Below are positions 1 to 8,777 of a stretch of DNA of 56,193 nt, piece after piece (within the stretch, counting starts at the first letter, position 1; each line of letters starts with the position of its first letter). A program made the position numbers and the translations under genes. The stretch spans positions 1 to 56,193 of the forward strand of contig JBBIRR010000027.1 in NCBI GenBank assembly GCA_037441705.1, in the 5' to 3' direction. The notes below the pieces were generated by a model. It was given only the letters and a program-made list of their open reading frames with translations. It ran no database searches and was not told the origin of the DNA. The DNA is from Ignavibacteriales bacterium. GTDB lineage: Bacteria > Bacteroidota > Ignavibacteria > UBA10030 > UBA6906.

Positions 1-1
1 T

Positions 2-901
2 CGGCCAACAGTTGTCTTCCACGCCGCAGCGCATAAGCACGTTGGACTGATGGAAGACAACATACCCGAGGCGGTGACGAACAATGTTCTCGGAACGCAG
101 ATTCTTGTGGACCTTTCGGCTCAATTCAGCGTCGAGCGTTTCGTCATGATTTCCTCGGACAAGGCTGTGAACCCGACATGCATGATGGGCGTGACGAAGC
201 GGGTAGCAGAGCTTGTCGTGCACGAGGCTGCCGAGCGTACCGGCAGGCCGTTCGTGAGCGTTCGATTCGGAAATGTCTTAGGCAGTCGCGGCAGTGTCGT
301 GCCCATCTTCAAACAACAGATTGCGGCAGGCGGACCGGTGTTGGTAACCCATCCCGAGGTCAAGCGCTACTTCATGACGATTCCCGAAGCGGTGCAGTTG
401 GTGCTGCAAGCTGCTGCGCTGGGTGAAGGCGGAGAGATTTTTGTGCTGGACATGGGCGAGCCGCTCAAGATTGTTGACCTTGCCCGCGACCTCATCCGCC
501 TTAGCGGTCTGGAGGAGGGGAGAGATATTGACATTCAATTCATCGGGCTTCAGCGCGGCGAGAAGATTGCGGAAGAGCTGTTCTTCGCTTCGGAATCGGT
601 GGAGCGTTCTGCACACGAGAAGATCCTTGTGTGCCGTAATGGCTTTTGCCCCCGGCCTGAGGCATCGAAGACTCGGAGGACATCAGGGGCGGAGGTGCCG
701 GCGGTGCGGTCGATACGCGCCGATGTCGAGCGGCTGATCGCTGCTGCACACAGCGGCGCGTCCAAGAACGTTCTCGTTTTGCTCAAGCAACTCGTTCCCG
801 AATATCAGGAGAACATCGTCGTTCCGGAGATCGACATCCTTCCGCTCCGAAGCGAATCGGCGTCGCCGCTCTCTCTCGTGGAGGAGGCCGCGCGTACGTA
901 A
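2..901 (+). CDS. CapD/PglF/WbpM-family nucleoside-diphosphate sugar dehydratase (polysaccharide biosynthesis protein), 5'-truncated by window edge
   Basis: Frame is open from position 2 (RPTVVFHAAAHKHV...). Motifs ISSDKAVNP, VRFGNVLGSRGSV, RYFMTIPEA and GEKxxEEL are typical of the CapD C-terminal SDR domain. Confidence 0.93.
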   Translation, partial: RPTVVFHAAAHKHVGLMEDNIPEAVTNNVLGTQILVDLSAQFSVERFVMISSDKAVNPTCMMGVTKRVAELVVHEAAERTGRPFVSVRFGNVLGSRGSVVPIFKQQIAAGGPVLVTHPEVKRYFMTIPEAVQLVLQAAALGEGGEIFVLDMGEPLKIVDLARDLIRLSGLEEGRDIDIQFIGLQRGEKIAEELFFASESVERSAHEKILVCRNGFCPRPEASKTRRTSGAEVPAVRSIRADVERLIAAAHSGASKNVLVLLKQLVPEYQENIVVPEIDILPLRSESASPLSLVEEAART

Positions 902-930
902 GTAATTTACGTGTGAGAAAGTCACACGCG

Positions 931-965
931 CCCGTGCATCCGATCGAGTGATGCACGGGTTTTTT
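931..965 (+). terminator. Rho-independent terminator
   Basis: Perfect 10-bp stem CCCGTGCATC/GATGCACGGG followed by a T6 run, between convergent genes. Confidence 0.8.
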
Positions 966-985
966 ATTGGCAGAAGAAAAGAACG

Positions 986-2404
986 TCAGCTTGTGCGTGA
1001 ACCGAACAGCGGCCGTAGATGCACTGCGCCGATGCCAAAAATCAGCCAGAGCAGCTTGTGAACATGATCGTCTCCCGTCATTCCGCCAACAAGCATGATG
1101 ATAAAGGCCGTCAGCCACGTGTAATGAGTTGCAGAGATCGAGTCCGGCTGTTCGCGAAGCCACCCGATTCTCAGTCCAACAGCCGACGCCGCAATGAGGG
1201 TAAGAAAAAGCAGAAAGCCGACCAATCCTGTTTCTGCCAACATCGTTACGTACGTGTTGTGTGCGGACCAGCGAAGGCCGTAGAAGGGGATGAAGTTCGT
1301 GCCGTAGTAGACGGAATGATTTTCGAACTGACCGATGCCGACGCCGGCAAGAGGATGGTCGGCCCACATGGCGAGTCCTGCGTCCCACTGCATGTAGCGG
1401 AACCCGACCGAATCCTGCCCCTGCAAGATCGATACAACAATTCCTGAGACAATCCGCCAATACTCTATCGGTACTACCAGCAGTGCTGCCGCGGCAATCG
1501 CCACTGCGAACTCGAACAGCCGTTCCTTGAGCAGTTTCGTTCGTTCAAGGAGCATCAGACCGATGCCCAGAAGAAGCAACAAGAGGCTCGTGCGCGAAAC
1601 CGTTGCAGCAAGCCCCGCCAGCAGAATCACAATGGCAGCGATCGCCACGACCCTCATCCAGCGTCTTGTGTACGCGTGACGGAGATGGGCAAGAAAGATG
1701 ACCGCGAGGACATAGTAGCGTCCTGCATCATTTGCGCCCTCGGCGAGGCCGCGCGCCCTGATGGACGAAGCCGAACTCAATCCAAACTGAACCTGCTGAA
1801 CGGCGACATACGCAGAGATGACGGCGCCGATCACAAAGGCAGCCATTATTGCTCGGTGCTGGTGCTCATGTTTCAAAAGTTGGCTCGTCAGAAACATCAG
1901 CAACAGAAGCTGGAGGTACGTCCACGGCCACACGCGATCGCCAAGGCTGAATGCAGCAGAAGGGTTGGTCAGCGTTATCCACGCCGCCACAAGAAGCGCA
2001 AGAACATGCGGCAGTGTTACAGACGGTACCTGCGACTTTTCAAACACAAACTCTCGGACGTAACCGAGGAGAGTCGCTGCGCCAAGCAAGGGGTACACGG
2101 AGGTGGTAAAGCTTACCGGGGGGAAAATCCCCGCAACGGGGAACGACGCAGCGATGAGAATGATGCCCCATACAGGCCGAGCGATGATGAGCAGACCCAG
2201 AATGGCGAAAGCCCCAACGCGCGAAATGAGAACAATGGCGGGGGATGCGGCCGAGCCCCACAGGTGCAAAGCCGTTAGAATCGAGAAGCATGCGGCGATG
2301 ATGGCAGCAGTGGCGGGCGTGTACGTCCGGCTCTGTCCCGGCGTGCCAAGCACGCGATGGACGAGCGTTGTCGCGGTCGGAGTGTGTCGTGCCTGTCGAA
2401 TCAT
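986..2404 (-). CDS. O-antigen ligase / Wzy-family polymerase
   Basis: About 12 TM segments, RARG..GANDAG, TVSRT, a periplasmic loop R..QW..GL.MWADHPLAGVGIGQF, and AHNTYVTMLAETGLVG (Wzy_C His motif). Confidence 0.88.
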   Translation of the reverse strand: MIRQARHTPTATTLVHRVLGTPGQSRTYTPATAAIIAACFSILTALHLWGSAASPAIVLISRVGAFAILGLLIIARPVWGIILIAASFPVAGIFPPVSFTTSVYPLLGAATLLGYVREFVFEKSQVPSVTLPHVLALLVAAWITLTNPSAAFSLGDRVWPWTYLQLLLLMFLTSQLLKHEHQHRAIMAAFVIGAVISAYVAVQQVQFGLSSASSIRARGLAEGANDAGRYYVLAVIFLAHLRHAYTRRWMRVVAIAAIVILLAGLAATVSRTSLLLLLLGIGLMLLERTKLLKERLFEFAVAIAAAALLVVPIEYWRIVSGIVVSILQGQDSVGFRYMQWDAGLAMWADHPLAGVGIGQFENHSVYYGTNFIPFYGLRWSAHNTYVTMLAETGLVGFLLFLTLIAASAVGLRIGWLREQPDSISATHYTWLTAFIIMLVGGMTGDDHVHKLLWLIFGIGAVHLRPLFGSRTS

Positions 2405-2521
2405 GAATGCCTGTGCAATATACTCGCCTGAAGCGATGGATGCAACGACGAAACATCACCTCCAGAAAACTCGTATCTTTCAGCGGACATACATCCTCCA
2501 ACAACAGGCCAAAGCATTGCC

Positions 2522-3439
2522 ATGAAACCATCACGATTATTCTGGGGAGCGCTCTTTATTGCCCTGGGGACGCTCTTCTTGTTGGGAGAGGGTCTTGGAA
2601 TTGATGTTACCTACGACGCGATCGGGAAGTTCTGGCCGCTTGTGCTTGTGCTGATCGGTCTCGCGCTCATGTTCAAACAGCTCCTCGTTCGCAATGTCCT
2701 TGCAGCAGTAGCGGGTCTGTCTCTTGCGTGGGCCATTTATGCGTTCGCGAGCTTTGCGTGGCTCGATGCCATCCACGCCCGCGATTGGGAAAGCAATTCC
2801 GATGACGTTCTTGTGCAGGAGTTTACCGAGCCGATGCCTGCAGGACTCGAACGGGCGACACTCAGCTTCGATGCGGCGGCGGGAAAGTTCAGTCTCGATA
2901 CGGTGTCCGGCAGTGTGCTTGCTGCGAAATTCAAAACAAACATCGGTCGCTACGTGTTTGACCACCGATTGACGGATAATGTGATGAGTCTTGTTCTGAA
3001 GCCCGAAGGGACCGTTCATTTCAGGTCATGGGGTGGCAAACATGCTCTGAACGTCGGGGAGATTCGCCTCAGCCCCTTGCCGCGCTGGGATATGCAGTTC
3101 GATGTCGGCGCGGCGAATGTCGAGTTCGACCTCCGTCCGTTCAAGGTCGAACATCTGTCCATTGATGCAGGCGCGGCGAATGTTCGCCTCTCGCTCGGTG
3201 TTCCTGAACGCGAGATGCGCTGCAAATTGGAGACAGGCGTCTCGACGGTGAAGATTTCGGTACCGGAGTCCGTGGGCTGCGAGATTCGGATGGACGGCGG
3301 ACTCTCCAGCAAACGCTTCGTGGGGTTTGAAAAGGCGAGCGATCGCATTTATCGGACCGACAACTTCGAACAGGCAACACGGAGAATTTTCATTGATGTG
3401 GATGCCGGCCTCTCCACGTTGCGTGTGACGAGGTATTAG
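2522..3439 (+). CDS. LiaF/DUF5668-like membrane protein with C-terminal beta-solenoid (adhesin/toast-rack-like) domain
   Basis: N-terminal LFWGALFIALG...FWPLVLVLIGL TM hairpins and repeated GAANV-type beta motifs. Confidence 0.65.
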   Translation: MKPSRLFWGALFIALGTLFLLGEGLGIDVTYDAIGKFWPLVLVLIGLALMFKQLLVRNVLAAVAGLSLAWAIYAFASFAWLDAIHARDWESNSDDVLVQEFTEPMPAGLERATLSFDAAAGKFSLDTVSGSVLAAKFKTNIGRYVFDHRLTDNVMSLVLKPEGTVHFRSWGGKHALNVGEIRLSPLPRWDMQFDVGAANVEFDLRPFKVEHLSIDAGAANVRLSLGVPEREMRCKLETGVSTVKISVPESVGCEIRMDGGLSSKRFVGFEKASDRIYRTDNFEQATRRIFIDVDAGLSTLRVTRY

Positions 3440-3942
3440 AGCGGCCTCTGCGGCCGACACTCTTCGAACTGTCCCGTCTTTCTGTTCTTGCGCACGTTGT
3501 CCCAGAAGAAGTATCGTCCGTTCATCGCAATGTACACGCCCACGGGCAACGTTTGCACAAACGCCAGCGCGCTGCCGAGGTTGAACAGCCCGTCGGAGCT
3601 TCCGAACTTGTAGGGGATCATCGCGCCGGTCAGCACCATCGTTTTGTTGCTCAAGGCTGCCTGCCCTAAGGCGCGCGCGGTCAGCTCCATCGTATCCGTG
3701 CCGTGGGTAATGACGATCTTCTCCTCCTTCTCTTTTCTGCAGCTCTCGACAATCAGATGCCGGTCGCTTTCGGTCATCTCCAGACTGTCAACCATCATGA
3801 GTGTTCGGATGGAGACGTCGAGATTGCAGCGCCCCAGCCGCAGCATTTCCTGAACGTGTGTGTCCTTGAAGAAGAGCGTCCCATCCAGCTCGTTATACTC
3901 CTTGTCGAATGTTCCGCCCGTGACGAAAATACGAATCGCCAT
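3436..3942 (-). CDS. Short single-domain asparaginase-family protein
   Basis: TGGTFDK and ITHGTDTM catalytic motifs, plus VLTGAMIP. Confidence 0.88.
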   Translation of the reverse strand: MAIRIFVTGGTFDKEYNELDGTLFFKDTHVQEMLRLGRCNLDVSIRTLMMVDSLEMTESDRHLIVESCRKEKEEKIVITHGTDTMELTARALGQAALSNKTMVLTGAMIPYKFGSSDGLFNLGSALAFVQTLPVGVYIAMNGRYFFWDNVRKNRKTGQFEECRPQRPL

Positions 3943-4073
3943 GTGCACGACTCCGAATCAATGTAGGGTACATAAGTGGTCGTGCAGAATGTTGTAAGAA
4001 AGGAATTGAATTGCAATTCCATTATCAGTACTTTCTCGCAGAAGCATTCTGTCCCAGCGTCACCTATCGCTGC

Positions 4074-5063
4074 ATGAAGACCCTCACATCGCTCTCGGTG
4101 ATAGCCGCCAGCGAGCCGATGCGCAAAGTTCTTGAGCGCATTGATACGATTGCCGCCTCCGATAGTTCGGTGCTGCTGATCGGCGAGACGGGCGTCGGCA
4201 AGGAGCTGATTGCGGAATACATCCATCGCAGAAGTCCCCGCAGCCAGAATCCCCTCGTGAAGGTTGGCCTTTCGGCGCTGCCGCCGGAGCTGTTGGAGAG
4301 CGAGCTTTTCGGGCACGAGCGCGGTGCCTACACCAGCGCCGCAACGGAGAAGAAAGGACTGTTCGAGCTTGCCGACTCGGGCAGTATTTTCCTGGATGAT
4401 ATTGACGACTTTCCTCTTGGTCTTCAGGCGAAGCTGCTGCGCGTGCTGGAATCGCGAGAAGTCTTGCGCGTCGGCGGCACAACGCCGATTCCCATTGACG
4501 TACGGTTGATTACGGCGACAAAAGTTGATCTGAAGGAGTTGGTTGAGCGGAATCTCTTCCGCCCCGACCTGTACTATCGCATCAACGTTGTTCCGATTGT
4601 CATTCCGCCGCTGCGGGATCGTCCGGACGATATTCCGCTGCTCATCGGGCATTTCCTGCAGCGCTACGCGCCCGATCGCGAGCTTCGGGTTGGCGAGGCG
4701 GCCATGCGTGTTCTTATGACGTATCCGTGGCCCGGCAACGTACGGGAGCTTCGAAACGTTGTGCAGCGCATCTCGTTGTTCACGCGGGATGAAATCGCCT
4801 GCGAGGATCTCCCGCCCGAAATACGCGAGGAGAATCCGATCGAGCTTATCGCCAAAGCCTGCAGTCGCTGCTTTGTCGAGCAGAGCATGAGCTTCGACGA
4901 TGTTGTAGCCTGCCTCGAGACGAATCTGCTTCGCCAGGCGCTTCAGCGAACCGGGGGAAATCGCACGCAGGCTGCGAAACTTCTCGGCCTGAGTCTTTCA
5001 ACGCTGCGCGATAAGCTGAAAAAATACAATCTGGATGGCGAACATCGCCGGTCTGTCGCTTGA
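4074..5063 (+). CDS. Sigma54-dependent Fis-family transcriptional activator (AAA+ plus HTH, no N-terminal sensory domain)
   Basis: Walker A GETGVGKE, ESELFGHERGAYTSA, FLDDID, FRPDLYYRI, WPGNVREL, and C-terminal GNRTQAAKLLGLSLSTL HTH. Confidence 0.93.
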   Translation: MKTLTSLSVIAASEPMRKVLERIDTIAASDSSVLLIGETGVGKELIAEYIHRRSPRSQNPLVKVGLSALPPELLESELFGHERGAYTSAATEKKGLFELADSGSIFLDDIDDFPLGLQAKLLRVLESREVLRVGGTTPIPIDVRLITATKVDLKELVERNLFRPDLYYRINVVPIVIPPLRDRPDDIPLLIGHFLQRYAPDRELRVGEAAMRVLMTYPWPGNVRELRNVVQRISLFTRDEIACEDLPPEIREENPIELIAKACSRCFVEQSMSFDDVVACLETNLLRQALQRTGGNRTQAAKLLGLSLSTLRDKLKKYNLDGEHRRSVA

Positions 5064-5100
5064 CCGGTTGATCGTTCTAATTCTCTCTCCTTATTCGCTG

Positions 5101-5134
5101 ACGGAAAACCGCGAGGAAGTCTGCGGAAAACCGC
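5101..5134. promoter_or_regulatory. Tandem palindromic upstream activator sites (ACGGAAAACCGC, GCGGAAAACCGC; 22-bp period)
   Basis: The same motif and spacing recur at 8692-8725, each time ahead of a sigma54 -24/-12 element. Confidence 0.7.
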
Positions 5135-5185
5135 CCTCCGTGTATCCTCATCTCCCGAAAACGCAATCCACGTGCGGTTTGATGG

Positions 5186-5201
5186 TGGCACGTTGCGTGC
5201 A
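5186..5201 (+). promoter_or_regulatory. Sigma54 promoter TGGCACGTTGCGTGCA
   Basis: Perfect -24 TGGCAC with GG-N10-GC spacing. Confidence 0.78.
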
Positions 5202-5248
5202 CCAGGCCTCGTTGCACAAGAAACCCGGAACTCAAATCTCGAACCACG

Positions 5249-5491
5249 ATGAAAGCTTCGCCGCCTCGACTCAGCACGCATCGGCTCCATCTCACAGGAG
5301 AGGTTGTTGAGATTCTCTTCAACGGAAAAAAGCAGGTGGCAAAGGTCATTCTGAAGTCCTGCAGCATCGAAATCCCGACGGAGCTGCATCCGGATCTCCA
5401 TCTCGGGGATTGCATCGAGATTGTTGGCGAAATGCCCGCAAGAATCATCGTTCCTTCCACTGCACGAAAGATCGGAAAGACCAAGGTGTAG
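5249..5491 (+). CDS. Small HypC/HupF-like OB-fold protein (degenerate, lacks the N-terminal Cys)
   Basis: LTGEVVEI...AKV...IEIPTELHPDLHLGDCIEI resembles the HypC pattern G(K/E)VVEI..AKVDF...EV.L.L.P....GDYVLV. Lies directly behind a sigma54 promoter and upstream of hydrogenase genes. Confidence 0.5.
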   Translation: MKASPPRLSTHRLHLTGEVVEILFNGKKQVAKVILKSCSIEIPTELHPDLHLGDCIEIVGEMPARIIVPSTARKIGKTKV

Positions 5492-5545
5492 TGAGAAAGG
5501 GCGTGGAGCTTCACCTTCCCCCGTGTTTTCCTTCCCCTTCCATGC

Positions 5546-5561
5546 TGGCACGCGTGCTGTA
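5546..5561 (+). promoter_or_regulatory. Possible second sigma54 promoter TGGCACGCGTGCTGTA upstream of the first hydrogenase operon
   Basis: Perfect -24 box with a non-consensus -12 (GT). Confidence 0.5.
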
Positions 5562-5728
5562 TCTTATTCTCAGTTAGAGAGCCTGCACAAAGAACTCTTT
5601 CCCTGATTCCATTCGGAACCGGCGTCTTCGGTTCGGAAGGGGGGGAGTGCAGGCGAGCAGCCGTGTTGAATTCTTCAATTTTGTGTAAAGAAAATCAGCA
5701 GGATGTCCTGGTCTGTCAAGGAGAGCGT

Positions 5729-6682
5729 ATGGCAACGCCACACTATATCACGCGGCGCGAGTTCTTGGGGTGGGCACTGGCAACACCGGCTTCGATGAAA
5801 ACGCTGGACGAGTTTCTGCCCCGGCTTGCGGCTTCACTGCAAGAGGCGGTGAAGGAATACCCGATCATCTGGCTGCAAGCCTCAACCTGCAGCGGATGTT
5901 CGGTGTCGGTCATCAACACAATTCACCCGAGCATCAAAAACGTCATACTTGAACAGGTCTTGCCGGGCCATCAGCTTCTGCTCAAGTATCACGGAACGCT
6001 GATGGCGGCAACGGGTTCGCTTTCGACACGGACGGCAAAGGAGACAATGGAGAAGTTCAAGGGCAAGTATGTGTTGGTGGTCGAAGGTGCAATCCCGACA
6101 AAAGATGGAGCGAAGTACGGAAGCATCGGCGAGGAGAACGGCAAGCCTGTGAGTATGATGGAATGGGCAACAGCGATGGGACGGGATGCGATGGCGGTGC
6201 TTGCTGTCGGAACCTGTGCGGCATACGGCGGACTGCCTGCAGCCGCACCAAATCCGAGCGCAAGTGTCGGTATCTCAGACCTCTTTCAGAGGCTCTCCGT
6301 CACGACGCCGGTCATCAACATTCCCGGTTGCCCCAGTCATCCGGATTGGTTCATCGGCACCGTGGCGAAAATCCTCCTGTACGGCATGCCGAAACCGGAG
6401 GAGTTGGACAGTCTTGGCCGCTTGAAGCTCTTCTTCGGTCGTTCTATCCACAATCGTTGCATCAATCGTGATTATCTCGACGACGGGATCTTTGCGACAA
6501 AGTTCGGAGAAGAAGGGTGCCTTCTGGAACTCGGGTGTAAAGGGCCGTTCACGAATGCGGATTGTCCGGTGCGGTTGTGGAACGGCAGTGTGAACTGGTG
6601 TATCGGTGCCGGAGCACCGTGCATCGGGTGTACCGAGAAAGGTTTTCCGGACGAACACTCACCGATCTATCAGCGGAGGTAG
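5729..6682 (+). CDS. [NiFe] hydrogenase small subunit, group 1a-like (Tat-exported, no C-terminal membrane anchor)
   Basis: TRREFL Tat motif, CSGC, GTCAAYGG, PGCPSHP, and HNRC...CLLELGC. The medial cluster has NWC (Cys where [3Fe-4S] enzymes have Pro). AAGGAG RBS. Confidence 0.92.
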   Translation: MATPHYITRREFLGWALATPASMKTLDEFLPRLAASLQEAVKEYPIIWLQASTCSGCSVSVINTIHPSIKNVILEQVLPGHQLLLKYHGTLMAATGSLSTRTAKETMEKFKGKYVLVVEGAIPTKDGAKYGSIGEENGKPVSMMEWATAMGRDAMAVLAVGTCAAYGGLPAAAPNPSASVGISDLFQRLSVTTPVINIPGCPSHPDWFIGTVAKILLYGMPKPEELDSLGRLKLFFGRSIHNRCINRDYLDDGIFATKFGEEGCLLELGCKGPFTNADCPVRLWNGSVNWCIGAGAPCIGCTEKGFPDEHSPIYQRR

Positions 6683-6684
6683 CG

Positions 6685-8175
6685 ATGAGCGCGATTCGAA
6701 CACATATCGTCATTGACCCGATGACACGCATCGAGGGTCACCTCAAGGTTGAAGCGACGGCGGACAACGGCAAGATCGTTGATGCGAAAGTAGCCGGCAC
6801 GCTCTATCGCGGCTTCGAGCAAATTCTCGTCGGCCGCAACCCGCTGGATGCCGTGCAGATCACGCAGCGGTTCTGTGGCGTCTGTCCCACGCCGCATGCC
6901 ATCGCGTCGGCGCAGGCGTTGGAGAATGCCTTCGGCATCATGCCGCCGCCCAATGGGCGGATCATTCGCAACATCATGCAGGGGGCAAACTACATTCAGT
7001 CGCACATACTTCACTTTTACCATCTCTCATCGCTCGATTACTATCGTGGGCCTGATGTACCTCCGTTCATTCCGCGCTACGAGGCGGACTATCGCGTGCC
7101 GCCCGGCGTCCATGATGCCCTCGTGAGCCATTACATCCAAGCCTATCAAATTCGTCTGAAAGCTCACGAGCTGTGCGCTATTTGGGCCGGAAAGATGCCG
7201 CACATAGCCTCGATCGTACCCGGAGGCGTGTCCATCATCCCCCGCATTGATAACATCACAACGTCTCTGTGGCGCTTGAAGGAACTCACCGACTTCATCA
7301 CCAATGTTTACCTGCCTGATGTGATGACGCTGGCCAGTATCTACCGCGACTACTTTGCGATAGGAAGAGGGGTACAGAATTTTCTTTCCTTTGGCCTGTT
7401 CGATCTGGATGATGAGCCGGACGTTACCAAACGCAAGCGGCTCTTCCCGATGGGACGCATGGTAAAAGGCAAGATCATGCCGGTGGATCCGAAGAAGATT
7501 ACCGAGGATGTGAAGTACGCGTGGTACGAGTCTCCGTCGCATCGGTATCCGCTGGATGCGTCAACGGTACCCAATCCCGACAAAGCCGGCGCATATAGCT
7601 GGTTGAAGTCACCGCGCTACGATGGTGTTGCCTACGAGGTGGGTCCGCTTGCCCGCATCGCTATGGCGTACACGTCGAAATCTCATCCTGCGATTGTGCG
7701 TCTGGTTGATGAAGCACTCACGTCGCTCAGCGTCACGCCGGACCATCTCCCTTCGGTCATGGGTCGGCATCTTGCGCGAGCGATCGAGTGTAAGGTGGTA
7801 GCAGATGCTCTGCAGGAAATGATCCTGCAGGTGAAGCTGGATGAGCCGGTGTGCACCGACCACAAGATTCCGGAAGAAGCCGACGGAATGGGCCTGTGGT
7901 GTGCGGCTCGCGGTGCCCTGGGCCACTGGGTGCGCATCAAGGATGGCAAGATTGCCCGCTACCAGGCCGTCGTGCCGACGACGTGGAATGCTTCGCCGCG
8001 CGATGACAAAGGGCAACCGGGGCCTATCGAAGCAGCGCTGCATGGTGTTGAGGTGGAAGACGCAAACAATCCGTTCGAGCTTGCCCGCATTGTTCGCTCG
8101 TTCGATCCGTGCATTGCCTGCGCGGTGCATCTATTCGATCCGGGCAAGCAACTGCGGACATTCCGCATTCTGTAG
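6685..8175 (+). CDS. [NiFe] hydrogenase large subunit, group 1a-like
   Basis: DPMTRIEGH, L1 RFCGVCPTPH, L2 FDPCIACAVH followed by a cleavable extension. 496 aa; GGAGG RBS. Confidence 0.94.
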   Translation: MSAIRTHIVIDPMTRIEGHLKVEATADNGKIVDAKVAGTLYRGFEQILVGRNPLDAVQITQRFCGVCPTPHAIASAQALENAFGIMPPPNGRIIRNIMQGANYIQSHILHFYHLSSLDYYRGPDVPPFIPRYEADYRVPPGVHDALVSHYIQAYQIRLKAHELCAIWAGKMPHIASIVPGGVSIIPRIDNITTSLWRLKELTDFITNVYLPDVMTLASIYRDYFAIGRGVQNFLSFGLFDLDDEPDVTKRKRLFPMGRMVKGKIMPVDPKKITEDVKYAWYESPSHRYPLDASTVPNPDKAGAYSWLKSPRYDGVAYEVGPLARIAMAYTSKSHPAIVRLVDEALTSLSVTPDHLPSVMGRHLARAIECKVVADALQEMILQVKLDEPVCTDHKIPEEADGMGLWCAARGALGHWVRIKDGKIARYQAVVPTTWNASPRDDKGQPGPIEAALHGVEVEDANNPFELARIVRSFDPCIACAVHLFDPGKQLRTFRIL

Positions 8176-8186
8176 TGGAACGAGCA

Positions 8187-8684
8187 ATGAGCTATGACGG
8201 ACGCTCCGTCGCCATCGTCGGCGTCGGGAATGTTTTGATGGGAGATGAAGGCATCGGCGTAGAAATTGCCCGCCGCCTGCAGATGATGACTCTGCCCGAC
8301 GATGTTGAGGTGATTGACGGAGGAACGCTCGGGTTGGAGCTTGCAGTCCATTTGCGCGGGAAAGACACCATCATGATTCTCGACGCGATAGCACTCGAAG
8401 CGGAACCGGGCAGTGTGTTCCGCTTCGAGATCCAAAGGGGCGATTGCTTCAGCAGCGTTCGCCGCTCATCTCACGACGGTGGACTTGAGGAGTTGTTTAG
8501 GTATCTCCTTTCTCTTTCACCACCACCCACAATGGTGATGTTCGGAATTTGTCCTGCGGAGATCGGCAGAATGCGCACCGGGCTTTCGCCCGTTCTCGAA
8601 GAGAACGTGAATCACATAATTTCACTCATCCTCGAAGAACTCCCTCGGATCAGGCAGAAGCATACCGCACGTCTTTCCATGTAG
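8187..8684 (+). CDS. Hydrogenase maturation protease (HyaD/HybD family)
   Basis: VGVGNVLMGDEGIG, VIDGGT, ILDA and SSHD motifs. Confidence 0.92.
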   Translation: MSYDGRSVAIVGVGNVLMGDEGIGVEIARRLQMMTLPDDVEVIDGGTLGLELAVHLRGKDTIMILDAIALEAEPGSVFRFEIQRGDCFSSVRRSSHDGGLEELFRYLLSLSPPPTMVMFGICPAEIGRMRTGLSPVLEENVNHIISLILEELPRIRQKHTARLSM

Positions 8685-8691
8685 CTGATCG

Positions 8692-8732
8692 GCGGAAATC
8701 CGCACGCCCTTCAGCGGAAATCCGCACGCCCT
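8692..8732. repeat. 19-bp direct repeat GCGGAAATCCGCACGCCCT x2 (22-bp period), each containing the palindrome GCGGA-AA-TCCGC; putative bEBP UAS
   Basis: Exact repeats at 8692-8710 and 8714-8732. Confidence 0.85.
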
Positions 8733-8777
8733 CGTGACGCCCCTCCGCATTTCAGCCTGAGTTTTGCAGCAATCTCG

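Noticed and set aside
4008-4027. Fur-box-like sequence ending ATTATC
   Set aside because: Only about 10/19 matches to GATAATGATAATCATTATC; too weak.
8101-8130. Possible selenocysteine in the group 1a large subunit
   Set aside because: The codon at the Sec-equivalent position (DPC) is TGC and the ORF has no in-frame TGA.
8692-8732. Direct repeats as a mini-CRISPR
   Set aside because: Only two 19-bp copies 3 bp apart, no spacers and no cas genes. Better explained as activator binding sites.
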